Assembly: GCF_006345805.1 (NCBI RefSeq)
Contig: NC_043000.1
Location: 19,096,001 to 19,160,000, forward strand
Source of the DNA: Octopus sinensis
Taxonomy: Eukaryota
Direction of reading: 5' to 3'
Length of the DNA stretch: 64,000 nucleotides
Shown: piece by piece, positions 1 through 12,730 of the stretch
Layout: the number at the start of each line of letters is the position of its first letter
How positions within the stretch are numbered: position 1 is the stretch's first letter
Translations under genes and position numbers: made by a program
The notes under the pieces: generated by a model
Seen by the model: only the letters and a program-made list of their open reading frames with translations
Told to the model about the DNA's origin: nothing
Database searches by the model: none

Positions 1-5
1 ATTAC

Positions 6-37
<32 letters not shown>

Positions 38-41
38 CATA

Positions 42-374
42 GGCGCAGGAGTGGCTGTGTGGTAAGTAGCTTGCTAACCAACCACATGGTTCCGGGTTCA
101 GTCCCACTGCGTGGCATCTTGGGCAAGTGTCTTCTACTATAGCCCCGGGCCGACCAATGCCTTGTGAATGGATTTGGTAGACGGAAACTGAAAGAAACTG
201 CTTGACAACCGATGCTGGTTTGTTTACGTCCCCGTCACTTAGCGGTTCGGCAAAAGATACCGATAGAATAAGTACTGGGTTTACAAAGAATAAGTCCCCG
301 GGGTCGATTTGCTCGACTAAAGGCGGTGCTCCAGCATGGCCGCAGTCAAATGACTGAAACAAGTAAAAGTAAAA

Positions 375-376
<2 letters not shown>
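42..376 (+). mobile_element. SINE family A (OK-like tRNA-derived, internal microsatellite, CR1-type tail)
   Basis: ggcgcaggagtggctgtgtggtaagtagcttg head ... ggcggtgctccagcatggccgcagtcaaatgactgaaacaagtaaaag tail; many copies in the window. Confidence 0.85.
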
Positions 377-413
<37 letters not shown>

Positions 414-721
414 TGTATGTGTTTGTGTGTCTGTGTTTATATATATATATATATATATCGAGAGCGATAGACTGACAAAATTGTTAAGAGCATTGAACAA
501 AATGTCTTACAAGAGCTCTTTAGTTTCTCAGTTTAATTTTCCGCTGAAGTCAACGTTACTTTATATTCTTCCAGAATAATATACCAATCAAGTACTGAGG
601 TGGTAAAGCCGACTGGACCCCTACTTCAAAATCGGAGGCTCTGTGCCTCCGTACAGTAACACCATTGAGATCAATTTTAAATATTCTGATATTTATATAT
701 GGAGAGGTATGCAATGTATAT

Positions 722-1160
722 TACTCTTTTACTCTTTTATTCTTTTACTTGTTTCAGTCATTTGACTGCGGCCATGCTGGAGCAACGCCTTTAATCGAGC
801 AACTCGACCCGGGACTTATTCTTTTGTAAGCCTAGTACTTATTCTATCGGTCTGTTTTGCCGAACCGCTAGGTGACGGGGACATAAACACACCAGCATCG
901 GTTGTCAAGCAATGCTTGGGGGACAAACACAGACACACAAACACATACACGCATATATATATATATAATATATATATATAATATATATATATATACATAT
1001 TACGACGGGCTTCTTTCAGTTTCCGTCTACCAAATCCACTCACAAGGCTTTGGTCGGCCCGAGGCTATAGTAGAAGACACTTGTCAAAAGTGCCACGCAG
1101 TGGGACTGAACCCGGAACCCTGTGTTTGGTAAACAAGCTACTTACCACACAGCCACTCCT
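722..1160 (-). mobile_element. SINE family A
   Basis: Reverse complement of the family A consensus. Confidence 0.85.
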
Positions 1161-1538
1161 AAATCCTTATGGTGAGAGTTATTGGCGATGTTTTACTTGA
1201 ACTAATGTTTTTTTTAACCGTGTTACTCTATTTCAAAGAATATAAACATTGTGTTTCAAGTAATTGATAATGAAGAATTACTATGATTCTGTTTCAAAAA
1301 AATTGACTGAGGACTGAATCATCTACTTCCCGCCTATACATGCGTAGCTTGAATTATATAAAAGAGAGCATGATGGTGTTAGAAAATCACGTGATAGTCT
1401 AGAGATTCATATTGTGTTACACCTAATTCATTGCATCTTTGGCTAAGACACGCGGCGTATGAAGTCGTGCATAATGCAAGAAATTTAGTACTAAACATCA
1501 AGATCCAAATTGGCAGTAGCATTATACTCACGGGTGTA

Positions 1539-1589
<51 letters not shown>

Positions 1590-1592
<3 letters not shown>

Positions 1593-1820
1593 GATCCCAT
1601 CAACTTTAAACGGAGTCTGGATAGATTCCTTCAAAGAATACCAGATAAGCCACCCATAATTGGATACAACTCACCCAACAAAAACTCACTACTTGAATGG
1701 ACCATAAGCAAAACTTGACTTAAACAGGATTCGAATAATCCTATCAGGTGGTGCTATTAAGTTAGACATGGCCTGGACCAATCATTGGTCGAAACACATC
1801 TAAGTTTTATCTAAGTTTAT
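1590..1820 (+). mobile_element. CR1/L2-type LINE 3' end
   Basis: DPINFKRSLDRFLQRIPDKPPIIGYNSPNKNSLLEW* resembles CR1 ORF2 C-terminus; 3' UTR with GGTGGTGC..CATGGCC, hairpin, GAAAC and repeated tctaagttt tail. Confidence 0.65.
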
Positions 1821-2120
1821 ATATATATATATATATGAAGTTAAGGTAGAAAATGTTAAAATATTTTTATAAAAATCATTTCGGTACCGGTTTCAGTCAT
1901 TTAAATTTTTTCAACTATAAGTATACTGGAAAACAATTAAATTTTGTAAAAATTAAATGAAAAGTTTTTTAAATGAATATTTGCTTAGTATTCAAATACA
2001 AGGGGCATTTTCCTTGTTTCTGCCTGTCTCTGTCTCTCTTGTTTACTCTTGTGGGTTCGAGGTAGTTGTGAATTCTTGACGATATATATATTGTCCGGCA
2101 AGTTCTGACAATATATATAT

Positions 2121-3726
2121 GTTGTCCAGAAAGTTCCGAGCGTTTTTAAGTTAAATCTTTTAATGCTTCATTGAGCACACCCGAAACGTAAAACAGTTAA
2201 AACTTTGGCGTTGCTTTAAGTGCACCTCTTCTTTGTTCCTGAATAAAAAAGATTTATCTTTCATTCAGGTTACCCTTTATTGACATTTGAAATGAGTAAC
2301 CAAAATTTTCATATTCGCGTTGTAATGCATTTCTTTTTTAAAAAAGGAGAAAGTGCTGCAAAGACTTGCAAAAGTATTTGTGAAGTTTATGGTGATGATG
2401 CTGTAGGTGAATCAAGTGTTCGAAGGTGGTGTACAAAATTTAAAGCTGGAGAGTTTGGAAGATGACAGTCGCAGTAGAAGGCCTTCAAAATTGAATGAAG
2501 ATGTTTTAAGGTTAAAAATCGAAGAAAACTCAAATATCATGACTAGAGAACTTGCAGAGGAGTTTGAAGTTTCTAAAGGTACGATTCATGAACACCTAGT
2601 GAAGCTAGGATGCATTTTTCGCTATAATGTATAGGTCCCTCACAAACTCTCAGAAAAGAATTGCTTGGACCGGTATTTCGTTTGTGATATGCTTTTGAAA
2701 CGGAATGAAAGCATGCCTTTTTTTAAACAACTTGTGACTGGAGATGAAAAACGGATTGTGTACGAAAACGTAGTGCGAAAATGATTCTGGGGTTTGCGTA
2801 AGAATCCCCCAAAACAGCAACCAAAGACGAATATCCATGCCAAAAACGGTATTCTCTTTTTTTTCTCTTTTTACTTGTTTCAGTCATTTGACTGCGGCCA
2901 TGCTGGAGCACCGCCTTTAGTCGAGCAACTCGACCCTGGGACTTATTCCTTCTGTAAGCCCAGTACTTATTCTATCGGTCTCTTTTTGCCGAACCGCTAA
3001 GTAACGGGGACGTAAACACACAAGCATCGGTTGTCAAGCAATGCTAGGGGGACAAACACACACACATACATACATATATATATACATATATACGACAGGC
3101 TTCTTTCAGTTTCCGTCTACCAAATCCACTCACAAGGCATTGGTCAGCCCGGGGTTATAGCAGAAGACACTTGCCCAAGATGCCACGCAGTGGGACTGAA
3201 CCTGGAACCATGTGGTTGGTTAGCAAGCTACTTACCACACAGCCACTCCTGCGCCTATATGTATAGGTATGTTTTATATTTTGTGGGATCATAAAGGCAT
3301 TATTTATTATGAGCTTCTGCCACAAAACCAGACCATTACTTCGTCGGATGGGCTAATTTGAACCAAAAAATCAAAGAATTGAGGCCGAAGACTGCCAACA
3401 TGAACTTGGCTGGATTCTCTTGCCCCATCCACCATATTCTCCTGACATTGCGCCATCCAACTACAACTACTTGTTTTTGTCTCTACAGAACTCATTGCAA
3501 GGAAAAGCATTTAAAGATTTAGATGGAGTTAAAATGCATCTAGATAACATTCTTTTTCTTCAAAACCAGTTAAATTTTATACTGATTTAATATTTAAATT
3601 GTCTGACAGATGGGCAAAGATCATTAATAATAATGTAAATTATGTCATTGAATAAAATTTATTGAATGGTCAATTATTTATATCCCTTTTTGCATAGTAA
3701 AAAGCGCTCAGAACTTTCCATACAAC
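2121..3726 (+). mobile_element. Decayed mariner (Tc1/mariner D,D34D) transposon interrupted by a SINE
   Basis: Degenerate TIRs gttgtccagaaagttccgagcg / cgctcagaactttccatacaac; remnants MSNQNFHIR..GESAAKT, VPHKL, VTGDEK, HPPYSPDIAPSN; stops, frameshifts and a deletion of the second Asp region. Confidence 0.85.
2862..3255 (-). mobile_element. SINE family A inserted in mariner
   Basis: Full head-to-tail copy splitting the transposase. Confidence 0.85.
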
Positions 3727-3732
3727 TTTATA

Positions 3733-4735
3733 CAGAGCAACCTCGGTTCTCGACCATTTGTTCTGAAAGTCTGTTCTAAAACCGAATTGTTTGAGGACCG
3801 AATCGTTTTTTCCCATTACAATTAAGTAAAAGAGATTAATTCGTTACCAAGCACCAGATGAATGTTTATTTATATGCTTACACTATATATTTTAGTATAA
3901 AAACGTTTATTCAAACAGTAAATAACACACAAAAATGTGTTATTTCTTAGAAGGGGAGTCCCCTTCCATAAAAACTCCTGGTAACTGATTTTTGGGGATT
4001 TCTTCCCTTCTCTGTCTCTTAGGCTCAGGTAAATCTTTCTCTGGGGTTTCTTTTCTTTCTTCCCAGTAAAAACCTGTCCAATGTTAGTTGTTTTTTGCCT
4101 GCGTTGTAAAAATTTTCTAAAATGAGACATGACATTGTCATTGAAAAATTTACTGCTCGATTTGCTACCACTGTATCAAGGTCATATTTTTCCACAAAAT
4201 TTTGCACATCGCCCCATTTAGCACAAATTGCTTTAATTAAATAACTTGGAACATCTTCCTTTCTTTCCTCTTCTCCAGAAGTCATTTCCTCAGCCAAAGT
4301 CTTTTGCTGTTCATTTTGAAGGTGTATGAGCTCTTCAGTGGTAAGCTCAGCACGGTGGTCTTCCACCAACACTCCAATATCTTCACTGTCGACATTCAAG
4401 CCCATAGTTTTTCCCATAGAGATATCATCAACCATAGCAATTTCCTCGACAGCAGCAGCACTTGTAGCTGTCTCAAACCCCTCAAAGTTTCGTTCTGGTA
4501 CACAGTCTGGCGAAAGTTTCCTCCATGCTGAATTCATAGTTCTGTTACTCTCTTGGTTCTATGCATTATCAATAAGATTAATGCAATGCAAGAGATCACA
4601 AGTTTCTCAGTTGATTCCTTGTTTGAACGCACCACCTCTCCATGCCTAATTACACTGTATTTCACCTCTCATCTTAAATTTCTCGAACCAGCCTCCACCT
4701 TTGAATTCAAAAGCATCACATTCAGCACTTGAATA
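3733..4735 (-). mobile_element. Tigger/pogo-like transposon remnant
   Basis: TA|CAGAGCAACCTCGG terminus at 3733; ORF 4025..4537 (AWRKL..PDCV..RNFEGFE..DHRAELTTEEL..KQLTLDRFL) like TIGD1 C-terminus; GWFEKFK..VIRHGE near 4630-4730; DDE core deleted. Confidence 0.8.
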
Positions 4736-4817
4736 AAAACACTCCCAGGCGGTGCCCCAGCATGGCCACAGTCGATTCACAGAAACAAATAAAAAATGAA
4801 AGAAATAACTACACTAT

Positions 4818-5203
4818 GGATGGAAGCACTCCGTCGGTTCTGACGATGAGGGTTCTGGTCGATCCGATCAACGGAACAGCCTGCTCGTGAAATTAACGTG
4901 TAAGTGGCTGAGCACTCCACAGACACGTGTACCCTTAACGTAGTTCTCGGGGATATTCAGCGTGACACAGAGAGTGACAAGGCCGGCCCTTTGAAATACA
5001 GGTACAACAGAAACAGGAAGTAAGAGTGAGAGAAAGTTGTGGTGAAAGAGTACAGCAGGGATCACCACCATCCCCTGCCGGAGCCTCGTGGAGCTTAGGT
5101 GTTTTCGCTCAATAAACACTCACAACGCCCGGTCTGGGAATCGAAACCGCGATCCTACGACCGCGAGTCAGCTGCCCTAACCACTGGGCCATTGCGCCTC
5201 CAC
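4818..5203 (-). mobile_element. SINE family B1 (OR-like, tRNA-Arg-like head)
   Basis: ggaggcgcaatggcccagtggttagggcagc head, ...gacggagtgcttcca tail; 11-bp TSD aactacactat at 4807-4817 and 5204-5214. Confidence 0.9.
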
Positions 5204-5564
5204 AACTACACTATACTTGTCAACGCAAGCACAAATGTTAATAAAGATACATGGTACTTTTCATATATTCATACAAGCATGCGGACATATATATAAAAGC
5301 ATATAGATAAACACACAGACATATAAGTATCTATGCATACATACAGACATGCACGCAACACATACACATAGACACACACGTGTACACACACAAAAGCATA
5401 GGCATGTTGTTGCCTGTGTCTAATGGAAAAATTTGGTGACTGAAAATTTAACAATCATCTTTATTAAAATTATATTCATATATTAACTTGATTTGAAAAC
5501 AGAAATCTTTAACAAACAACAGTCTTTCGTCTTTGGAAATTCAATATTTTCCTTTTTCTTCACT

Positions 5565-5565
5565 G

Positions 5566-5596
<31 letters not shown>

Positions 5597-5646
5597 TGTA
5601 TGTATGTATGTATGTATGTATGTATGTATGTATATATGTATGTATG

Positions 5647-5680
<34 letters not shown>

Positions 5681-5816
5681 TGTATGTGTATGTATGTATG
5701 TATATATATATATATATATAATATATATATATATGCATATATATATACATATATATATATATATGTATATATATATATGTACATATATATATATATGTAT
5801 ATATATATATATGTAC

Positions 5817-5848
<32 letters not shown>

Positions 5849-5900
5849 TATACATGTATATATATATATGAATGTATGTATTATGTATGTATATATATAT
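5565..5900. repeat. Compound (TATG)n/(TA)n microsatellite
   Basis: Direct reading. Confidence 0.95.
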
Positions 5901-5902
5901 GC

Positions 5903-6838
5903 ATAACGAAAAGAATCTGAAAATGCAGGAGTCTTTTAAAAGTATTTATTAACTTAACCAGTTTCACTTAAATTGATTTTCAAAAGTAAAGTGTGATATT
6001 TTGTGTATCCTCTTTGCTGTCAAAAATTAGTTTACAAAAATGTATTCAAATCAAATGATAAGAAAATGTTTGAGGCCTTGTGTATCCTCTGTGATGAGTC
6101 AAAAAATAGTTTATATAAATACATTCAGATCCGGTAATAAAATTTTTGTATAACGATAAAAAGAAAAAATTAGTTTACATGACCATATCCCGATCAAGTA
6201 ACAGAGTCTTTGATAAGGAGATAATATATGTAATAGACCATTTAAAGTTCTCGGATCTGGTTTCTAAGGGTCTTGCATCTGGTTGGAGTCTTGCAGTTAT
6301 AAACAGAGTTACAATTATTCTGTATAAAATCTTCCTTTTATCCAAAATGATGAATGTTAATGATACATCACTTAAATGCCATGGTCATCCAGTATTCGTT
6401 TTCAGGTGTAAAAACAGTGCGAATGGCTGATGGTCACAGCATTTATCATTTTTGGAAAATAGAAAGAGTTTATACAGAAGAATTACAACTCTGTTTATAA
6501 CAGCAAAACTCCAGCCAGATGCAAAGCCCTTAGAAGCCAGATCCGAGAACTTTAAATGGTCTGTTACATATCTTATCTTCTTGACAAAGACTTTTTTACA
6601 TGGTCGGGATATATTCATGTACGCTAATTTTCATTTTATTCTTTTATTTGTTTCAGTCATTTGACTGTGGCCATGCTGGAGCACCGCCCTTAGTCGCGCA
6701 AATCGAGCCCCAGGACTTATTCTTTGTAAGCCTAGTACTTATTCTATCGGTCTCTTTTGCCAAAGCGCTAAATTACGGGGACGTAAACACACCAGCATCG
6801 GTTGTCAAGCGATGTTGGGGGAAACAAACACAGACACA

Positions 6839-6909
<71 letters not shown>

Positions 6910-7497
6910 GACGGCTTCTTTCAGTTTCTGTCTAGCAAATCCACTCACAAGGCTTTGGTTGGCCCGAGGCTATAGTAGAAGACACTTGCCCACGTAGTAG
7001 AAGACTGAACCCGGAACCATGAGGTTCCTAAGTAAACTACTTACCACACAGCCGCTCCTACACCTATATCATTATATATATTTAATTTCTTATCATTATA
7101 AAAAAAAATTTTATTACCTGATCTGAATGTTTTTATGTAAATTATTTCTTGGCTCATCAGAGGATACACATATTTTATCTCCTTATCAAAGACTCTATTA
7201 CTTGATAGAGATATATTCATGTAAACTATTTTTTTCTTCTTATCATTATAAAAGAAATTTTATTACCTGATCTGAATGTTTTTATGTAAACTAGGTTTTG
7301 ACTCATCACAGAGGATTCAAAATGCATCAATACACTATCGCTTGATTAGAATACATTTTTGCAAACTAATTTTAGACACCACAGCGGATACAGAAAACTT
7401 CACACTTTACTTTTGAAAATCTTTTTAGTTAAGTGAAGCTGGTTTACTTAATAAATACTTTTAAAAGACCCCTGCATTTTCTGATTCTTTTCCTTAT
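5903..7497. mobile_element. Foldback/long-inverted-repeat element interrupted by SINE A
   Basis: 5903-6356 is the imperfect reverse complement of 6440-6635 plus 7070-7497. Confidence 0.7.
6633..7058 (-). mobile_element. SINE family A
   Basis: Matches family consensus. Confidence 0.85.
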
Positions 7498-7519
7498 ATT
7501 TTTACTCGTGCAGTAACCC

Positions 7520-7534
7520 CCAACTTTACTTTGT

Positions 7535-7578
<44 letters not shown>

Positions 7579-7942
7579 AGCGTACATATATATATAGAGA
7601 GAGAGACACAAGTACATTTATATACAAATATATATGTATATATGAGTGCATATATGTGTCTATGTATGTTTATATGCATGTATGCATATACTTGTGTATA
7701 TGTGGATGTGTATATATATATATACATATGCACACACACACATATATATATATATTTATATATATATATACATATATATGTATATATATATATATATATG
7801 CATATATATACATATACATATACACACACACATATATATATATATGAGCGTATGTATGTATGTCTATGTATATGTGTGTATGTATACATACATACATGCA
7901 TACATACTAACACACACATACATATGTATGTATGTATGTATG

Positions 7943-7973
<31 letters not shown>

Positions 7974-7985
7974 TTATACATATGT
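7520..7985. repeat. Compound TA/CA/TATG microsatellite
   Basis: Direct reading. Confidence 0.9.
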
Positions 7986-8388
7986 ACTTATACAATAATG
8001 GTGATCAGTGAGAAATGAATCTTCAGTACCACTTTTGGTGTAAACTTTATTCTTTATTAGTTGATTAACATTGCTACCAGTGCATGGTAGTCTCACCCAA
8101 CATACTGGGTGATTACCAACATTCTTAAGATGAACACTTCAAAAACTGCAGTCTTCCCATGTGAAACTATTTGTAGCATTGTTAATGCAAAATATAGAAT
8201 ATAAGTATGTATACATACGTACGTTTGTGTGTGTGTGTGTTTGTGTATGTGTGTGTGTGTGTGTGTGTGTAAGGGAAGGAGGGAGTGGATTTAGTACAAT
8301 AACAATGATGGTGTGGTGAAATAGATAAAAAAATCATTATGTAAAATAATGTGGCTGCATATGTATGTTAAGAAAAAAGATAAAAATA

Positions 8389-8394
8389 TTTATT
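8389..8394 (-). promoter_or_regulatory. Candidate polyadenylation signal AATAAA for the PP1-like gene
   Basis: First minus-strand AATAAA about 250 nt past the stop; further candidates near 8046-8058. Confidence 0.3.
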
Positions 8395-8640
8395 AGAAAA
8401 GAACACACAAACAAATAACAACAGCAAAGTGTAAAAATATGTAATGAGGTTTTGGGTTGGAGGATAAAAATAAGTATAAAGTAAAATAACTGAAAAAAGT
8501 TGTAAAGAATGGTCCTGTTTTTTGGTTTCACCAGGTGAGCAGGGATTCGGTGCTGTTTTTTGGGAGGTTCCGTTTTGGACTGTGTGGGTATCTTTTAAGG
8601 TACTACCTTGCATAATATTGATCATTATTATTAAATTATA

Positions 8641-8688
8641 CTACTTCTTGCTTTTCTGGTCTACAAAATATGTTTTTCCTTTGGTAGG
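8641..8688 (-). CDS. PP1: Probable terminal coding exon ([15 protein letters not shown])
   Basis: Strong acceptor ttgtttttgtattctttcag|CCT in phase 0, basic tail, TAG at 8641-8643. Supported by splice signals only, no homology. Read-through of exon H would instead give VSNFRM*. Confidence 0.6.
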   Translation of the reverse strand, partial: PTKGKTYFVDQKSKK

Positions 8689-8747
8689 CTGAAAGAATAC
8701 AAAAACAATAATTAAATGATATATATATATATATCATCATCATCATC

Positions 8748-8829
<82 letters not shown>

Positions 8830-8848
8830 CATATATATAATATATATA

Positions 8849-8879
<31 letters not shown>

Positions 8880-11097
8880 ATATATATTATATATATATAT
8901 ATATAGATATACATATATATATTTATACATATATATATATATAATATATATATATATAATATATTATATATATATATAACATACATACATAAATATAAAT
9001 AATACATTTCTAAATCTGTCAGAGAGATTATGCAGTAGTGATACGATCAAGTAGTTGTATACTGTCAGCTTAATGTGACAGTCCCATGAAGGGAATAATA
9101 CTACTGCTATTTAGCCCTAGGAAGAAGCAACGCTTCCTGTTGGCCTTGACACATTTCCTGTGTCCTTATGTTTACAAGGGAGAGATAAGCACCTCCACCC
9201 AGCTAAGCCTGCAGGCCTTGCTGGGTGGAGGTGCATAAAATGCATCACCCTAAGGCAGATATAGAATGACTTTACCTGCCAAGAAAAGAGGGTAGCTATG
9301 GATTTTACAACTGGAATTAACAATGAAGATTGCCACAATTGGCCTAAACACTTACCTGAAAAACTCTGATGACTGGATATTAAAACTTGTCTTAAAGCAT
9401 GAAAACAAGAAAGCATCATACCCAGTAACAAAACAGGTAAAGGAATATCTAAGTGAATTCCAAATACAACAAATCCTAGAATTAGACGAACTGGAAACAG
9501 GCACAGAAAAAGCCAAGTGTATGAAAACCCATGCTAAAACTGCTGCCTTGGATATTCTTACTGATAAATGGCAAGAAAAACCTGTCAATGGCAAATACCC
9601 AAAGAGAGCTAATAATGCCGATGTTGACAAAGCCCTTGCCCATCAATGGTTAGTGTTTCTGGCTTAAAATCAGAAACTAAAGGGTTTATCATGGCAGCCA
9701 AAAATCAATACCTACAAAGAGCTACCAGGCCAACATATTAAAAAATGGCAGTAGCCCAACATGTCGTGTATGTAAACAACAAAATGAAACCATTGATCAT
9801 GTTGTCTTCATATGCAGTCTTCTTGCACCTACAGAGTATCTCAGCAGGCATGATAGAGCAGCACAGTATATTCACTGGGTAATTTGCAAAAACTTGGACC
9901 TGCCCCATGATAAAAACTGGTGGGAACACAAACCACCTCTAGTACTTGAAAATGATCATGTCTCACTCCTCTGGAACTTCACCATTCAAACTAACAGAAA
10001 GGTAGATGCAAATAGGCCAGACATTATATTGAAAGACTTCTGACAAAAATCATGCCTCCTCATTGACATGACTGTCCCAATCGACATAAATATATCAGTC
10101 AAGACCTACCAAAATGTGAGCACGTATAAATTTAATGTGTCAAAATATTTTCGTCACTTTGTGACTGCGACCTGTTCAGTGATAAAAATTCCATGATGCA
10201 TTACAAATTAAATTTAAATGTCAAGTGAATCTAACGGTTTTTGTGTGTTCTTTTAAATGGCTTATAAACACCTTCCACGCTGCAATTGTTTATTCATATT
10301 GCTTTTAGCTAATCATGCATTATCTCATAACTTCCAAATTTGGCTGATGCGATTGTCTACTTTTAGAATGACATAATAGGGTAGGTGGGAAAGGCTTGAT
10401 CTGGCCAATTTGGACTTCAAACAAGTAGAATGTTTGGGCCTATCATAGCCGGTTTGAATGCTAAGGGGTAAAATTAGGAAGATTGCATCAGTGAACCAGT
10501 GTGGTTTCAATGGGGGTAGGATAACATCAGAAGGATTAAAAGCTTTACATCCTAAAATTACTTACTGGCAAAATCTTGAATGAACAGGTAAGATCTGCAT
10601 CAATAATGAGAACTGCCGCTGCATTGTCAAACTCACCACAGTAGTTCGGGGCACTGAATAAGGTTACTAACTGAAAGGTAAAAGGATATTATGAATTTAA
10701 TCATTTATAAAACACAACATATATATCAGTTGCTTATTCCTTTTATAGACATTAGTTATATCATGGTCATGATCATGATCATCTTCACAATCATCATCAT
10801 CATCATCATCACCATCATCATCACCATCATCACCATCATCACCATCATCATCATCATCATCATCATCATCATAATTTAACATCTATCTTCCACACTGGCA
10901 TGTGTTGGATGGCTTGACAAGAGCTGGCAAGGCCAGGGACTGCACTAAGTTCCTTAATCTGTTTTGGTTTGGTTTCTACAGTTGGATGCCCTTCCTAAAA
11001 CCAATCACTTTACAGAGTGTACTGGGTGCTTTTTATGTTACACCATCACCAATGCTTTTTACATTATATATGCATACATACACACACCACACACACA

Positions 11098-11179
<82 letters not shown>

Positions 11180-12100
11180 GTGTGTGTGTGTGTGTGTGTG
11201 TGGAGGCGCAATGGTCTAGTGGTCAGGGCAGCGGACTCGCGGTCGCAGGATCGCGGTTTCGATTCCCAGACCGGGCGTTGTGAGTGTTTATTGAGCGAAA
11301 ACACCTAAAAAAGCTCCACGAGGCTCCGGCAGGGAGTGGTGATCCCTGCTGTACTCTTTCACCACTCTTTCTCCCACTCTTTCTTCTGTTGGCCTGCTCA
11401 CTTAGCCAGTGGGATGGCGTCATTCGAAGGCTAAAACAATGCGAACGCATTGTGACCAGCGATGTTTAACAACATCTGATGGTCTGGTCGGTCACGTGAT
11501 CACGTGATATATATATATATGTCTATATATATATACATATATATATATATATTAATATTTAACAGAAGCAACAGAGTGACTCAAGAAGAGTCTCATGCAT
11601 TGACACTACTTGTCACTTGTTTGACAAGTGCCAATGCAAGAAACTCTTGGACCTGAAATCACTCGGTTACTTCTGCTGAATATTCATAAAAATATTATAC
11701 ATATACTCATATTTTGAGTTCTATTTTACCTATTTGCATCAACATACCTATATAAATATATGAAGTGAAGCCCCCCCCCCCTCCAGTCATGAATGACCAT
11801 GTGGTTGCACCTAGAAAGTTCCCCTCCGAAGTACAAGTCTGGGCAAGATGCTTTATGGAAGATCAGCGGTCATCTACGCATACCAACCTTCCCTCTCCAT
11901 GCCACAAATGTCACCCAAAGGGAAAGGCAAAGGTCAGTACAGCTTGGAACAAGTGATGTAGTAACTCATTTCTACAGCTAAGGGAACTGGAGCAACATAA
12001 AATAGAGTGTCTTGCTCAAGAACACAACATACAGCCCAGTCTAGGAATCGAACTCACTACCTCATGATTGTGAGCCCAGTTCTCTTATATATATACATAC

Positions 12101-12154
<54 letters not shown>

Positions 12155-12392
12155 TATATTTACATTTACTCTTTTACTTGTTTCAGTCATCTGACTGCGG
12201 CCATGCTGGAGCACTACTTTATTTGAGCAGGACTTATTCTTTGTAAGCCTAGTACTTATTCTATCGGCCTTTTTTGCTGAACCGCTAAGTTACAGGGACA
12301 TAAACACACCAGCATTTGTTGTCAAGCAATGTTGGGGGGGACAAACACAAGCACACACACACACACACACACCACACACACAGACATATATA

Positions 12393-12439
<47 letters not shown>

Positions 12440-12696
12440 TACGATGAGCTTCTTTCAGTTTCCATCTTCTGCTATAGCCCCGGGCCGACCAAAGCCTTGT
12501 GAGTGGATTTGGTAGACAGAAACTGGAAAAAGCCCATCGTACATATATATGTGCGTGTGTGTGTGTGTTTGTGTGTGTGTGTGTTTATGTGAGTGTTTAT
12601 GTTTGTGTGTCTGTTTGTCCCCCAGCATCGACTATAAAGGCAGTGCTCCAGCATCGCCACAGTCAAATGACTGAAACAAGTAAAAGAGTAAAAGAG

Positions 12697-12730
<34 letters not shown>

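Noticed and set aside
4868-5296. Recurrent ORFs [11 protein letters not shown].., [10 protein letters not shown].., MFIERKHL.., MLGGQTQTH..
   Set aside because: Chance frames within multi-copy SINE families A and B; not genes
6085-6105. GTGATGAG/CTGATGAG motifs in the foldback element as hammerhead cores
   Set aside because: No helix II followed by GAAA in register
5483-8011. Many YI/YVCM/HT-rich ORFs here and throughout the window
   Set aside because: Stop-free translations of (TA)n, (TATG)n and (CA)n microsatellites
8337-8625. Alternative terminal-exon ORFs
   Set aside because: Weaker acceptors and AT-rich low-complexity translations; more likely 3' UTR
10697-10882. Poly-Asp/poly-Ile and poly-Thr/Asn ORFs (also 56422-56727, 57009-57277)
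   Set aside because: Trinucleotide microsatellites and retroelement tails
11202-11275. tRNA-like sequences at SINE heads
   Set aside because: Continuous with SINE bodies and TSDs; not stand-alone tRNA genes
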